This document shows, piece after piece, positions 19,505-28,594 of a DNA stretch of 64,000 nucleotides. A program made the translations under genes and the position numbers. The DNA is from Nitrospirota bacterium (GTDB taxonomy: Bacteria; Nitrospirota; Thermodesulfovibrionia; Thermodesulfovibrionales; Dissulfurispiraceae): assembly GCA_004321915.1 (NCBI GenBank), contig SCQE01000041.1, positions 101,191 through 165,190 of the forward strand. The letters run 5' to 3'. Within the stretch, counting starts at the first letter, position 1; each line of letters starts with the position of its first letter. The notes below the pieces were generated by a model. That model did not search any database and had not been told where the DNA came from. It saw nothing but the letters and a program-made list of their open reading frames with translations.

Positions 19505-20257
19505 CTACTTTTTGATATATTGGGCGCCGGCGCCCTTCATAAAATCTATCAGTTTCTTCACGTTTGCGGACGGCTCGCCTTTGGTGACTATAATAATAGG
19601 ACTTAACAACGCCGGAGTTTCCGGGACCCTGACGGATTGGTCGGCAAGCCCTATGGGGTCTATGCCTATGGCCTCAGGAGTGGTTGATACGCTCTCTTTT
19701 ATGCTTGCATAATCCGTGACGTCAAACACCTCTTTGATGACCTTCTCCCCATCGAGGATCTCCTTTACAAACTGGGCGTTCTGTCCCGGCGTTGCCTTTC
19801 CCCACACAACTATAATGGCCCCGTCCTTTCCGCCGACCTCCTTCCAGTTGTTGATCTTTCCTGTAAATATGCCCTTAAGCTGGTCCTTGGAAAGTTTGGG
19901 AACCATATTGCTTTTATGAAGCAGTATCGCGGTCCTGTTCTGCGCCACTTCAGTTTTTTTAAAATCTGCGGCATTGACCTTCACTCCGTCTTTCTCGGCC
20001 CCGCCTATCATGCTTTCAATAGAAACAGCGGCAACGGCAGCATCGACCTTTCCATTCGCAAGCTCAATAAAACCGTGTTTAGGAGTGCTCTGAAACAGCG
20101 ACAAATTAATTCCCGACGCCTTTTCAAAATGAGGCTGCACCGGTCTGAAAGCGGTATTCATGGCCGCCCCGCCCCCGCCGATCCTGATCTCTTCGGCAAA
20201 AGCGTTTAAAGAAACAAGCATAAAAACAACCGTAGCGACACACAACAGTCTTCTCAT
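19505..20257 (-). CDS. periplasmic substrate-binding protein, PstS/PBP_like_2 family (tandem paralogue)
   Basis: Collinear with the neighbouring gene. Shared blocks are KLSKDQLKGIFTGK, IIVVWGK, ILDGE, VPETP and VTKGxPSANVxKLxDF. Confidence 0.7.
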   Translation of the reverse strand: MRRLLCVATVVFMLVSLNAFAEEIRIGGGGAAMNTAFRPVQPHFEKASGINLSLFQSTPKHGFIELANGKVDAAVAAVSIESMIGGAEKDGVKVNAADFKKTEVAQNRTAILLHKSNMVPKLSKDQLKGIFTGKINNWKEVGGKDGAIIVVWGKATPGQNAQFVKEILDGEKVIKEVFDVTDYASIKESVSTTPEAIGIDPIGLADQSVRVPETPALLSPIIIVTKGEPSANVKKLIDFMKGAGAQYIKK

Positions 20258-20283
20258 AATTCCTCCCCGTCTAATAGTAGAGG

Positions 20284-21480
20284 TTAAAAACCGAAATCTT
20301 TAAGCAGATCATCGACGCCTTCCTGAGAGACCTGCTCGGCCTTAACGGCTTCCGCCTTTACCCCTGCGTCAACCTTCACTCCGAACGTGGTTATCAACTT
20401 CACAAGCTCATCCTCTATCTCGCTGACAAGCGTTATGACTTTTTTTATGGTTTGCCCTGTCAGGTCCTGAAATGATTGTGTGGTCAATATTTCGGTAAAG
20501 TCATCTTCGAGCTTATTTTTAAAATCTTTTATGTAGACAACCGATTCCTCGGGCCCGGTAAGGTTTCTGATATGTGAGGCAAGGTCATCCATCACGAGGA
20601 TATTGTTCTCTACTATCCCCATAGTCTTATTGGCAGCCTCTTCGGTCTTCTCTATAACATATTTAAGCCTGTCAACGGCATTAGGCATCTCTGAGGAAGC
20701 CATGTCCTTAAGCCTCGGATCGAGGGCTTCTTTGAAGCTCCTGATGGAATCGTGAAGCTTCCTCGTGACCTTGCCGACCTCTTTGAAGAGATCGCTCTGT
20801 CCTTTGTTCATTATATTCTGGATGGCTTCATCCGCCTTATCGTAATCCTGTCCGGTGACTGAATTCATAAAAGAAACCATTTCATCGAACAGAGCATAAC
20901 GAGGGTCATCGACCGCTATGCCCTTCTTTTCGAAAAATTCTTTTGCATCGTGAATTTCACGAACGACCATCTCTCCGCCCATGCCTTCTATCTTCTTGAC
21001 AACCTCCACCTTGTCGCCGATCTGCTCTCCGACCTCGTATATCTGGTCCTCAAAAAGACTTGCGTCCTCGACAGGTATAAGTTTTTTTGTGTCGAGCAGG
21101 ACAATAAGCCTGTCGTCAACCTTTGCTACGCCCTCGACCTGCGCAATGTGGGTCTGCATAAAATTCTCGGCAGGTTCTATTGCATTCTGTTCTATGGTCA
21201 CCACGCCGGTTATGCCGTCAACCAGCACACCGAAAGTCATCCTGCCGCTCGTAACCACTATGACCTTCTCCGTCGTAATCTCGGATATCTCTCCGAAAAG
21301 GCCTACAAGTTTTTTGAGGTTGACCACGGGTATTATACGGCCCCTCAGATTTGTGACACCCTCGATATAATCCGGCGACTGGGGAAGTTTCGTTATGGAA
21401 GGCAGATTTATTATTTCCTGCACCTTCAAGATCGGAATCGTGTATTCATTGCCCGACATGGTAAACCCTATATACTGCAT
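20284..21480 (-). CDS. CheW-domain / CheZ phosphatase fusion protein
   Basis: Residues 1-150 form a CheW domain (EYTIPILKVQEI...VTNLRGRIIPVVNLKK). The C-terminal half has DRLKYVIEKTEEAANKTMGIVE, the CheZ active-site block SFQDLTGQTIKKV and the CheY-binding tail SQEGVDDLLKDFGF. Confidence 0.8.
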   Translation of the reverse strand: MQYIGFTMSGNEYTIPILKVQEIINLPSITKLPQSPDYIEGVTNLRGRIIPVVNLKKLVGLFGEISEITTEKVIVVTSGRMTFGVLVDGITGVVTIEQNAIEPAENFMQTHIAQVEGVAKVDDRLIVLLDTKKLIPVEDASLFEDQIYEVGEQIGDKVEVVKKIEGMGGEMVVREIHDAKEFFEKKGIAVDDPRYALFDEMVSFMNSVTGQDYDKADEAIQNIMNKGQSDLFKEVGKVTRKLHDSIRSFKEALDPRLKDMASSEMPNAVDRLKYVIEKTEEAANKTMGIVENNILVMDDLASHIRNLTGPEESVVYIKDFKNKLEDDFTEILTTQSFQDLTGQTIKKVITLVSEIEDELVKLITTFGVKVDAGVKAEAVKAEQVSQEGVDDLLKDFGF

Positions 21481-21502
21481 ATATCCTCCCGGTGTTCCTT
21501 TA

Positions 21503-23311
21503 TTATTTATTTACGGTGGCGAATATGGTGCGGGAAATCACAGCAAGGTCGAGTATCAAAACAACGCGGCCGTCTCCTGTTATTGTGGCCCCTAATATTC
21601 CGCACTCTTCGGACTCTATCCCGTTTATCATCTTGATCACTATTTCTTCCTGACCTAGAAGTTCGTCGACCGACATACAGAACCGTCTGTCGCCTACAAG
21701 CGCAACGAGCAGATACCTGTTTTCCGTGTCCAACATCTGCCTGTTACGCACACCCAGAATTTCCGACATATCGAAAAGAGGTATCACCCTGCCTCTTATA
21801 GTCAGGACCTTCTGTTTGGTCACATCCTTTATATCGCTCTTTTTGACCCTGAGCGTCTCCTCGATCATAGACTGAGGAATAGCGTAATATTCTTCACCGA
21901 TACGCACCATCATAGCTTGCAGTATCGCCAAGGTAAGAGGCAGGCTTATGCGGAAGGTCGACCCTACATCTTTCTTTGTCATGACCTCGCAATAGCCGTT
22001 CAGTTTGGCCACGTTGGTTTTAACGACATCCATTCCCACGCCGCGTCCGCTGAGTTCTGTGGAGACCTCTTTGGTCGAGAAACCCGGGAGGAATATCAGA
22101 TTAATGGCCGAATCGTCCGACATTTTCAAGGCCTCGTCCTCGGTTATCAGTCCGTTTTTAATGGCCTTACGTTTAACGGCGTCAACGTCTATCCCCTTCC
22201 CGTCATCCGCCACCTCTATGATAATCTGAGTGCCTTTCTGTTCGGCGCTGAGTATGATCCTGCCCTTTCTTGGTTTGCCTTTTTTCTCCCTTTCGTCGCT
22301 GAACTCTATCGCATGGTCTATCGAATTTCTTATGATGTGGACCAAGGGATCGCCTATATTCTCTATGACCGTCTTGTCAACTTCGGTCTCTTCGCCGAAC
22401 ATCTCAAGATCTATGTCTTTGCCTAGGGTGCGGGACATGTCCCTGACCATTCTGGGAAACTTGCCGAACACTTTTTGAATGGGCTGCATCCTCATCTTCA
22501 TTACGGCAAGCTGGAGATCGGAGGTCACTCTGTCCAAAAATGCTGTGGTCTCCAGCATGCTTTCCACGTTTCTGTCGCCTGAATAACTTGCATCAAGCTT
22601 GGCCGCAAGGTTCAGTAATCTGTTTCTCGCAAGAACGATTTCGCCCGCAAGATCCATGACCTTATCTATCCTAGATACATCGACCCTGAGGTTTGCCACC
22701 ACTTCCTTTTCTTTGGATATTTGCTGGACCGTCTCCTCGGCAGGAGCAGGAGCAGCCGGTCTTTTTTCTTCTTTGGGTTCAGTTTTGCTTTCGGTCACGG
22801 CAGAAAACTGGACCGGTTCCGCCTCCTGTTTTGCCTGTTCGGGCTTCTGCTCTTCCGCTGCAGAAGAAGTAACGGGTGCGGCCTGCGTTTCAGCCGCAGC
22901 GGCAGGCGCGCTGCCTGCAGACACCGCAGTATCCAGCGCGAGATCGAGTCTGCCGGTTATGCCTGAAATGTCCTCCTCAACCCCATCCTTGATCTTGACA
23001 TGATGGATCAAAGACCTGAGGACATCGACACTCTGGAAAACAACATCCATCAACTCACGCGAAAGGGCTATTTCGCCTTCACGAAGTTTCTTCATGATAC
23101 TCTCGGACCTGTGGGCCACATCGACAATCTGCTGAAAGCCTAGAAAACCGGCAGCGCCCTTAAGAGTATGCATGCCCCTGAATATTTCGTTAAGTATGTC
23201 CTTGTCGTGCCCCCTCGTTTCGAGCTCGACGAACATGGGGTCTATCTTTTCTATCGTCTCTTCGGCTTCGGTGACAAATTCGGATATTATTTCATCCATT
23301 TCATCAGCCAT
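21503..23311 (-). CDS. cheA: chemotaxis histidine kinase CheA (no recognisable P2 domain)
   Basis: Hpt motif FRGMHTLKGAAGFLG, an Ala/Pro/Glu-rich linker, a dimerisation domain, HATPase (DDGKGID, GRGVGMDVV) and a C-terminal CheW-like domain. Confidence 0.9.
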   Translation of the reverse strand: MADEMDEIISEFVTEAEETIEKIDPMFVELETRGHDKDILNEIFRGMHTLKGAAGFLGFQQIVDVAHRSESIMKKLREGEIALSRELMDVVFQSVDVLRSLIHHVKIKDGVEEDISGITGRLDLALDTAVSAGSAPAAAAETQAAPVTSSAAEEQKPEQAKQEAEPVQFSAVTESKTEPKEEKRPAAPAPAEETVQQISKEKEVVANLRVDVSRIDKVMDLAGEIVLARNRLLNLAAKLDASYSGDRNVESMLETTAFLDRVTSDLQLAVMKMRMQPIQKVFGKFPRMVRDMSRTLGKDIDLEMFGEETEVDKTVIENIGDPLVHIIRNSIDHAIEFSDEREKKGKPRKGRIILSAEQKGTQIIIEVADDGKGIDVDAVKRKAIKNGLITEDEALKMSDDSAINLIFLPGFSTKEVSTELSGRGVGMDVVKTNVAKLNGYCEVMTKKDVGSTFRISLPLTLAILQAMMVRIGEEYYAIPQSMIEETLRVKKSDIKDVTKQKVLTIRGRVIPLFDMSEILGVRNRQMLDTENRYLLVALVGDRRFCMSVDELLGQEEIVIKMINGIESEECGILGATITGDGRVVLILDLAVISRTIFATVNK

Positions 23312-23312
23312 C

Positions 23313-23729
23313 TTAGCCCCCTGCCTTCAAAGATTTCTTTTTGTCCGCGATCTTGTCCAGTTTCTCTTTAAGGACTTCCGCTGTAAACGGCTTGACTATA
23401 TAGTTGTCGACTCCGGCCTTAATGGCTTCTATTACTTTTTCTTTTTCGGCTTCGGCAGTGACCATAAGCACCGGTATATCCTTTATTTTATCGTTAGGCT
23501 CTTTTCTAAGGTTTCTAAGCAGGTCTATGCCTTCCATTACAGGCATGTTCCAGTCGGTCACAAGAAGGCCAAAACCACCAGCCCGCAGCTTATCCAAGGC
23601 CTGCTGTCCGTTTTCAGCCTCTTCGATATTTTCGAATCCTATCTGCTTCAGAAGGTTCTTGACTATCCTTCTCATAGTCGGGAAGTCGTCAACCACAAGC
23701 ACTTTAAGGGTCACATTCAAATTAGACAT
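23313..23729 (-). CDS. cheY: chemotaxis response regulator CheY
   Basis: [18 protein letters not shown]...[13 protein letters not shown]...NYIVKPF. The ATG at 23729 is preferred over the GTG at 23744 because it follows an AGGTGGAGG ribosome-binding site. Confidence 0.85.
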   Translation of the reverse strand: MSNLNVTLKVLVVDDFPTMRRIVKNLLKQIGFENIEEAENGQQALDKLRAGGFGLLVTDWNMPVMEGIDLLRNLRKEPNDKIKDIPVLMVTAEAEKEKVIEAIKAGVDNYIVKPFTAEVLKEKLDKIADKKKSLKAGG

Positions 23730-24114
23730 CAGCTGCACCTCCACCTTTGAACATTTTTTTAAGTATCTTTTTTATCCCGTCAGTTATCTGTTCAGCATTG
23801 GTAGGCTTTACGAGATAATCGTCTACACCTGCCTCAAACGCTTTCTTCTTCTCGTCCTCATCGGCCTCGGTGGTGACCATGATAATCGGCATGCCCGACA
23901 AAGCAGGGTCTTTTCTTACGGTTTTCGTAAGTTCAATCCCGTCCATGTACGGCATGTTCATATCCGATACTATAAGGTTTATGCCTTCCGTGCCTATTTT
24001 TTCCAAGGCCTCCAACCCGTTCTCGGCAGTCACAATCTCGTAGCCCTTGCCTTTAAGGTAAAGAGACAGCAGTTTTCTTGTAGTCTTGTCGTCATCAACG
24101 ATCAGTATTTTCAT
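23722..24114 (-). CDS. single-domain CheY-like response regulator
   Basis: [16 protein letters not shown]...[13 protein letters not shown]...DYLVKP. Confidence 0.8.
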   Translation of the reverse strand: MKILIVDDDKTTRKLLSLYLKGKGYEIVTAENGLEALEKIGTEGINLIVSDMNMPYMDGIELTKTVRKDPALSGMPIIMVTTEADEDEKKKAFEAGVDDYLVKPTNAEQITDGIKKILKKMFKGGGAADV

Positions 24115-24142
24115 CCGAGCCTCCCCATCTTAACTTTCGATC

Positions 24143-24973
24143 TCATACTTTTTGATAAACGATTACCTTGTTGATAATTACCGGCCTGAAAGCCCTTGTA
24201 ATATTATGCAGACTCTCGGAAGTGCCGACAAAAAGATAACCGTTAGGTCTCAACGCGTCATACATCAAAGAAACAGCCTTTTGTTTGGCCTTCTCATCAA
24301 AATATATCAGGACGTTCCGGCAGAAGATGACATCAACGCCCCTTACGGCCCTGACGTCCTTGTCATCCATAAGATTTATCTTCATGTACTTGACCATCGA
24401 TTTGACGGATGAAGAAAGCTGGTACTGCTGATTCGTAACGCTGAAATATTTCTTCATATAGAGCTCCGATATATTCCTGACCGCATACGAACCGTATGAT
24501 GCGGCCTTTGCCGAAGCCAGCACGGATTCGCTGATATCGGAAGCATATATCTCGGTCCTGAGGGCTTTTGCCTCGGGTTTTTCGAGAAGGAGCATGGCTA
24601 TTGTATAAGGCTCCTCCCCTGTGGAGGAAGCGGCGCACCATATCTTGATGTCCCTGCGTCCGCCCTTTGCGTTCTCAGCGGTTATGCGGTTAAAGAGTTC
24701 TCCGGTAAAAACATCGAACTGCTGCGGCTCCCTGAAAAAAAATGTTTCATTTGTAGTGACCAGATCGAAAAGCTTGACCATCTCGTTTTTGTCAGCCCCG
24801 AATTTGACCACATAAAGATAATCCTCATACCCTTTAAGGCTTTTCTCCTGCACCCTTCTGCCGAGCCTGTTTTCAAGAAAATATTTCTTATTATCGGGGA
24901 TGAATATCCCGCTCTTTTCGTATATGAAATCACGGATCTGCTTAAAAATGTCTTCGGTCATGACAAGGTTCAT
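24143..24973 (-). CDS. cheR: chemotaxis protein methyltransferase
   Basis: CheR N-terminal helical domain followed by the SAM-binding fold (IWCAASSTGEEPYTIAMLL, IFCRNVLIYFD). Confidence 0.9.
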   Translation of the reverse strand: MNLVMTEDIFKQIRDFIYEKSGIFIPDNKKYFLENRLGRRVQEKSLKGYEDYLYVVKFGADKNEMVKLFDLVTTNETFFFREPQQFDVFTGELFNRITAENAKGGRRDIKIWCAASSTGEEPYTIAMLLLEKPEAKALRTEIYASDISESVLASAKAASYGSYAVRNISELYMKKYFSVTNQQYQLSSSVKSMVKYMKINLMDDKDVRAVRGVDVIFCRNVLIYFDEKAKQKAVSLMYDALRPNGYLFVGTSESLHNITRAFRPVIINKVIVYQKV

Positions 24974-26865
24974 ATCGCGTCCAGCGCCTCCCTTATCTTC
25001 TCTCTGACATCGGGATTGTGATGCTCCTCATAGACGCTCAAAACCTCATAAGCCTCTCTGCCGCCGATGTTCGAAATCGCGTCTATAGCGGACATGACAA
25101 CCGGAATAAATTCATCTTTAAGCATGTCCTTTATCAATTCCAGCGACCTTTCTCTGTCGCAAGAAAAACCGACACTCTTTATCGTATAAAACCTCACCCA
25201 TGGGTCCGAGTCGTGAAGAGCGTTTATCAACTCCTGTGAACAGTAACCCGCCTCACCCAGACCGACAACAGCGGCCCTTCTGATATCGGCATCGCTGTCC
25301 GAAAGAAATGACGAAAGTTTTAGCAGCGCCTCCGCAGTGCCGACCTTGCCCATGCTGTGTATTGCCGAGCTTTTTACGTTTTTTGCGTCGTCTTCGGAAA
25401 GCTTGAACAGCACTCCCAGATCCATGACTGTGTCAGCTATTATCTCCTTGACTACCACATTGTACCCGTCTATGCCGGCAAGAAAAGATCCGGGGTCTAT
25501 GTTTAAAAGGGCCTTTACTATTCTTTCAAGCACATCCCGGTACCGCTCAACTTCCATAAGTTCAAGCAAAGGCTTTACCGCAGCCTTCGACTTTATATTG
25601 CCTAGGGCATCTATAGCGGTGCGCCTGACATGAGCATCGACATCCTGATAAGAAGCGTCCAAGAGACCTTTAATAGCATCCGGGGCAGGGTCCTTAATTT
25701 CCCCTAGCGCCTCTGCGGACGCCCTTCTAAGGTCTCTGCGCATGTCGTTAAGATAATTCAACAACCTTGAAACCGCCTTTTTGCTCCCCGCCTCTCCTAA
25801 TATTTCTATCGCAAAAGACTTCCCGCGATATCTGAGATCCTGCGAGTCGAGAAGTTTGATCAGTTCGTCTTCGGAATCGATAGACATAAGGGTGTTCTTG
25901 ACGTCAAACAGTCTTTCTTCATTGCCGGGCATCGAAGGATCGAGAGAGCCCGCTATATCTACGAGAAGGGGCACCGCCCCCGTACATTTGAGATCAACTA
26001 TACCTTTCAGCGCCACTTCCCTGTCATCCCAGTCGCCCTCTTTGAGCATAGGGAGCAGATGACAGGATATTTCGGACATATCGGGCGTTACTCCGATCTG
26101 TATCAGGCTCTTTATAACAGCATTCTTTTCGTCATCCGACGCCTTTGCTAGATATCCCCTCAAAAAATCACTGCCTTTCGAGGAACCTATCTGTCCTAAC
26201 GTTTCTATCGCAACGAACCTTACAGCCTCGGAGCCTTTTTCTAAAAGGGCAGCAATACTTTCGACCGATTCCTCCGCTTTCAAGAGACCGAGAGACTCCA
26301 GCGCAGAAAAACAGACCCATTCTTCATCGTCAAGCGCTTCTACAAGATAAGGCAAAGCCTCCATATATCCGAGCAGTCCTACCGCTTTTGCCGCAGCCGA
26401 ACGCGCATTGGCATTCGGGTCCTTAAAACTCGGTAAAAGTCTGGACGCATCTACACCGGTAATTATCTCCCCCAAAAGATCGATAGCGAATTTTCTTACA
26501 TCTTCGTCTTTATCTTTAAGCAGGGCATAAAGCAGCGGCACAGAGATTTCACCTAAATCCCTGAGTATGATCAAGGCGGTGTTTCTAAGCAGGGTATTCT
26601 CTCTAAGCAGCGGAAGCACCATATAGGCAGTAACTTCGCCGCCTATAGCCATGAGTGACCTCATAGCCGCGTCTTGGACCCCTGCATTGTCGTCATTGAG
26701 GCATTTAATCAGAGGATAAACGGCCCTTTCATCGGTTTCAGAGAGGTCCTCGACAGCCGCCCTTCTTACCGAGGCATCATTGTTTGACAGCTTTTGAATC
26801 AGTTTCTTGATATTCTTAGCCATCTTTCGTCCCTTCATTAATCGAAATTTACCAAAATTCATCAA
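24970..26865 (-). CDS. HEAT-repeat (PBS-lyase-type) protein, first gene of the che operon
   Basis: Repeated units of about 30 aa of the type DxxVRxxAxxALGxIG along the whole length. ATGA overlap with the cheR start. The real start may be the MAKNIKK ATG at 26823. Confidence 0.75.
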   Translation of the reverse strand: MMNFGKFRLMKGRKMAKNIKKLIQKLSNNDASVRRAAVEDLSETDERAVYPLIKCLNDDNAGVQDAAMRSLMAIGGEVTAYMVLPLLRENTLLRNTALIILRDLGEISVPLLYALLKDKDEDVRKFAIDLLGEIITGVDASRLLPSFKDPNANARSAAAKAVGLLGYMEALPYLVEALDDEEWVCFSALESLGLLKAEESVESIAALLEKGSEAVRFVAIETLGQIGSSKGSDFLRGYLAKASDDEKNAVIKSLIQIGVTPDMSEISCHLLPMLKEGDWDDREVALKGIVDLKCTGAVPLLVDIAGSLDPSMPGNEERLFDVKNTLMSIDSEDELIKLLDSQDLRYRGKSFAIEILGEAGSKKAVSRLLNYLNDMRRDLRRASAEALGEIKDPAPDAIKGLLDASYQDVDAHVRRTAIDALGNIKSKAAVKPLLELMEVERYRDVLERIVKALLNIDPGSFLAGIDGYNVVVKEIIADTVMDLGVLFKLSEDDAKNVKSSAIHSMGKVGTAEALLKLSSFLSDSDADIRRAAVVGLGEAGYCSQELINALHDSDPWVRFYTIKSVGFSCDRERSLELIKDMLKDEFIPVVMSAIDAISNIGGREAYEVLSVYEEHHNPDVREKIREALDAI

Positions 26866-26990
26866 AACAACTGCACTGAATTTTCATCCTGATTTACGAA
26901 ACAGAACCGTATACCTTAACTTAAAGATACATTATACTATCTTGATACAGAAAAAATCCTCAACAAACGGACAACGCAGGGTTGAAAAAA

Positions 26991-27719
26991 TCAACTGCCG
27001 TTACGGAAAGATTCCACCTTGCTGCGGAGTTTCAAAAGCGTCTTGCCGTGAAGCTGGCAAACCCTCGATTCGCTTACATCCAGCACCTTGCCTATTTCCT
27101 TCATGGTCAGTTCCTCATAATAATACAGCGTGAGAACAAGACGCTCTTTCTCCGGCAACTCGTTGATGGCCTCTCCCAGAACGCTTTTGAGCTCTTTCAG
27201 GTTAAGTTGCTCTATAACATCCGTGTCATCTTCTTTCGCTACACATTCGAGGATATCCAGAGTTTCACCGTCGGTATTTACCGCAATGTCGTCGATATTG
27301 AGCATATTGAGGGTGTTTGCCGTGGAAAGCGTTTTGTATAAATCATCCAGAGTAAGGTTCAGCCTTTCTGCAACTTCCTCATCGGAAACGCTCCGGTTCA
27401 TCTCTTTTTCCATTGCAGAGTAAGTCTGCCTTACATCATCCAGTTTTTTACGGGCGTCCTTGGACGCCCACTGCATGGCCCGCACCTCGTCAATTATGGC
27501 GCCGCGAATACGGAAATCGGCAAAAGTGCTCAGACTTGCATTCATTTCCGGATCATATCTTTCCGCGGCCTCCAGCAACCCCACTATGCCTGCGGACACC
27601 AAGTCTTCATAGCTGAGCCCCGGAGGAAGGCCGAAAGCGTATTTGCCCGCGTAATACTTGACGCGAGGCAAGAACTGTTCAACTATCTTTTCCCTCTGTT
27701 TTTTAGTTACCTTGCCCAT
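26991..27719 (-). CDS. fliA: flagellar sigma factor sigma-28
   Basis: Sigma-70 regions 2, 3 and 4, with the region 4.2 HTH MKEIGKVLDVSESRVCQLHGKTLLKLR. Sits downstream of flhG. Confidence 0.9.
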   Translation of the reverse strand: MGKVTKKQREKIVEQFLPRVKYYAGKYAFGLPPGLSYEDLVSAGIVGLLEAAERYDPEMNASLSTFADFRIRGAIIDEVRAMQWASKDARKKLDDVRQTYSAMEKEMNRSVSDEEVAERLNLTLDDLYKTLSTANTLNMLNIDDIAVNTDGETLDILECVAKEDDTDVIEQLNLKELKSVLGEAINELPEKERLVLTLYYYEELTMKEIGKVLDVSESRVCQLHGKTLLKLRSKVESFRNGS

Positions 27720-27751
27720 TTATAAAATTGTATCACATTACATGCCCGCTC

Positions 27752-28594
27752 TCAGTCAACCCTGAACGCCTTCTTAAAAAACTGCACAGGTATCTTCTTG
27801 GCCCCTGCTTTAGCTTTCGAAGCCTTCTCCTCTGCGTACTCAAAGCCTGCATCAAAAAGTTTTCTGCCTATTTCGGACAATTTTTTAGCAAAACCGCTGT
27901 TCGGATACATCGTTATAAATCCCCTCTGGGCAATTATAGAGTCCTTGACGTGCTGGTCAAAAGGCAGGTACCCCAGATAATCCAGAGAAATACTCAAAAA
28001 CTTGTCGGCCACTATATACAACTTCCTGAACGTATCATGCGCCTCTTTTTCGCTCCTTGCGGTATTGACAAGTATCCTGAAACTCTTACCCCCGAAATCC
28101 CTCGATAATATTTTAATAAGAGCGTAAGCGTCCGCAAGGGACGTAGGCTCGGGTGTTACTATAACCACAACATCCTGAGCAGCACCGCAGAAAAAAAGAA
28201 CATTGTCCGATATACCGGCCCCTGTATCTATCAAAAAGATATCGCATTCCGGGCTGAAGTTTTCAACCTCCGAAATAAGCCTGAGCTTTTGTTCGACCGT
28301 TAGGTTTGTCAAGGCCCTTACGCCTGAACTTGCCGGAATTATCATTAATCCTGAAGGTCCCTTAATGATAATGTCCTTGAATTTTTTCTCGCCCAAAAAC
28401 ACATGTTTAAGATTGAATCTCGGCGCTAACCCGAACAACACATCTATATTGCTCAAACCTAGGTCGGCATCGAATATCACCACCTTCTTGTTCATCCCTG
28501 CGTAAAGAAGCGCAAGGTTGGCGACAAAATTGGTCTTGCCGACCCCTCCCTTACCGCTGGATACCGCTATTATTTTAGGCCCTTCTATTTTCAT
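27752..28594 (-). CDS. flhG: MinD-like flagellar number regulator FlhG (FleN/YlxH)
   Basis: Deviant Walker A motif SGKGGVGKT, DADLGLSNIDV, and the position after flhF. Confidence 0.85.
   Translation of the reverse strand: MKIEGPKIIAVSSGKGGVGKTNFVANLALLYAGMNKKVVIFDADLGLSNIDVLFGLAPRFNLKHVFLGEKKFKDIIIKGPSGLMIIPASSGVRALTNLTVEQKLRLISEVENFSPECDIFLIDTGAGISDNVLFFCGAAQDVVVIVTPEPTSLADAYALIKILSRDFGGKSFRILVNTARSEKEAHDTFRKLYIVADKFLSISLDYLGYLPFDQHVKDSIIAQRGFITMYPNSGFAKKLSEIGRKLFDAGFEYAEEKASKAKAGAKKIPVQFFKKAFRVD

Noticed and set aside
22714-22939. Low-complexity Ala/Pro/Glu/Lys-rich segment in cheA, considered as a possible repeat insertion or a separate gene
   Set aside because: It is in frame and sits where the P1-P3 linker or P2 region lies. 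It reads as a flexible linker, not a nucleotide repeat or a mobile insertion.
26866-26990. TATAAT hexamer (minus strand, around 26930) between fliA and the HEAT-repeat gene, as a possible che-operon promoter
   Set aside because: There is no acceptable -35 element at 16-18 nt spacing (TTGAGG lies 21 nt away) and no TGn extension. It is too weak to call.
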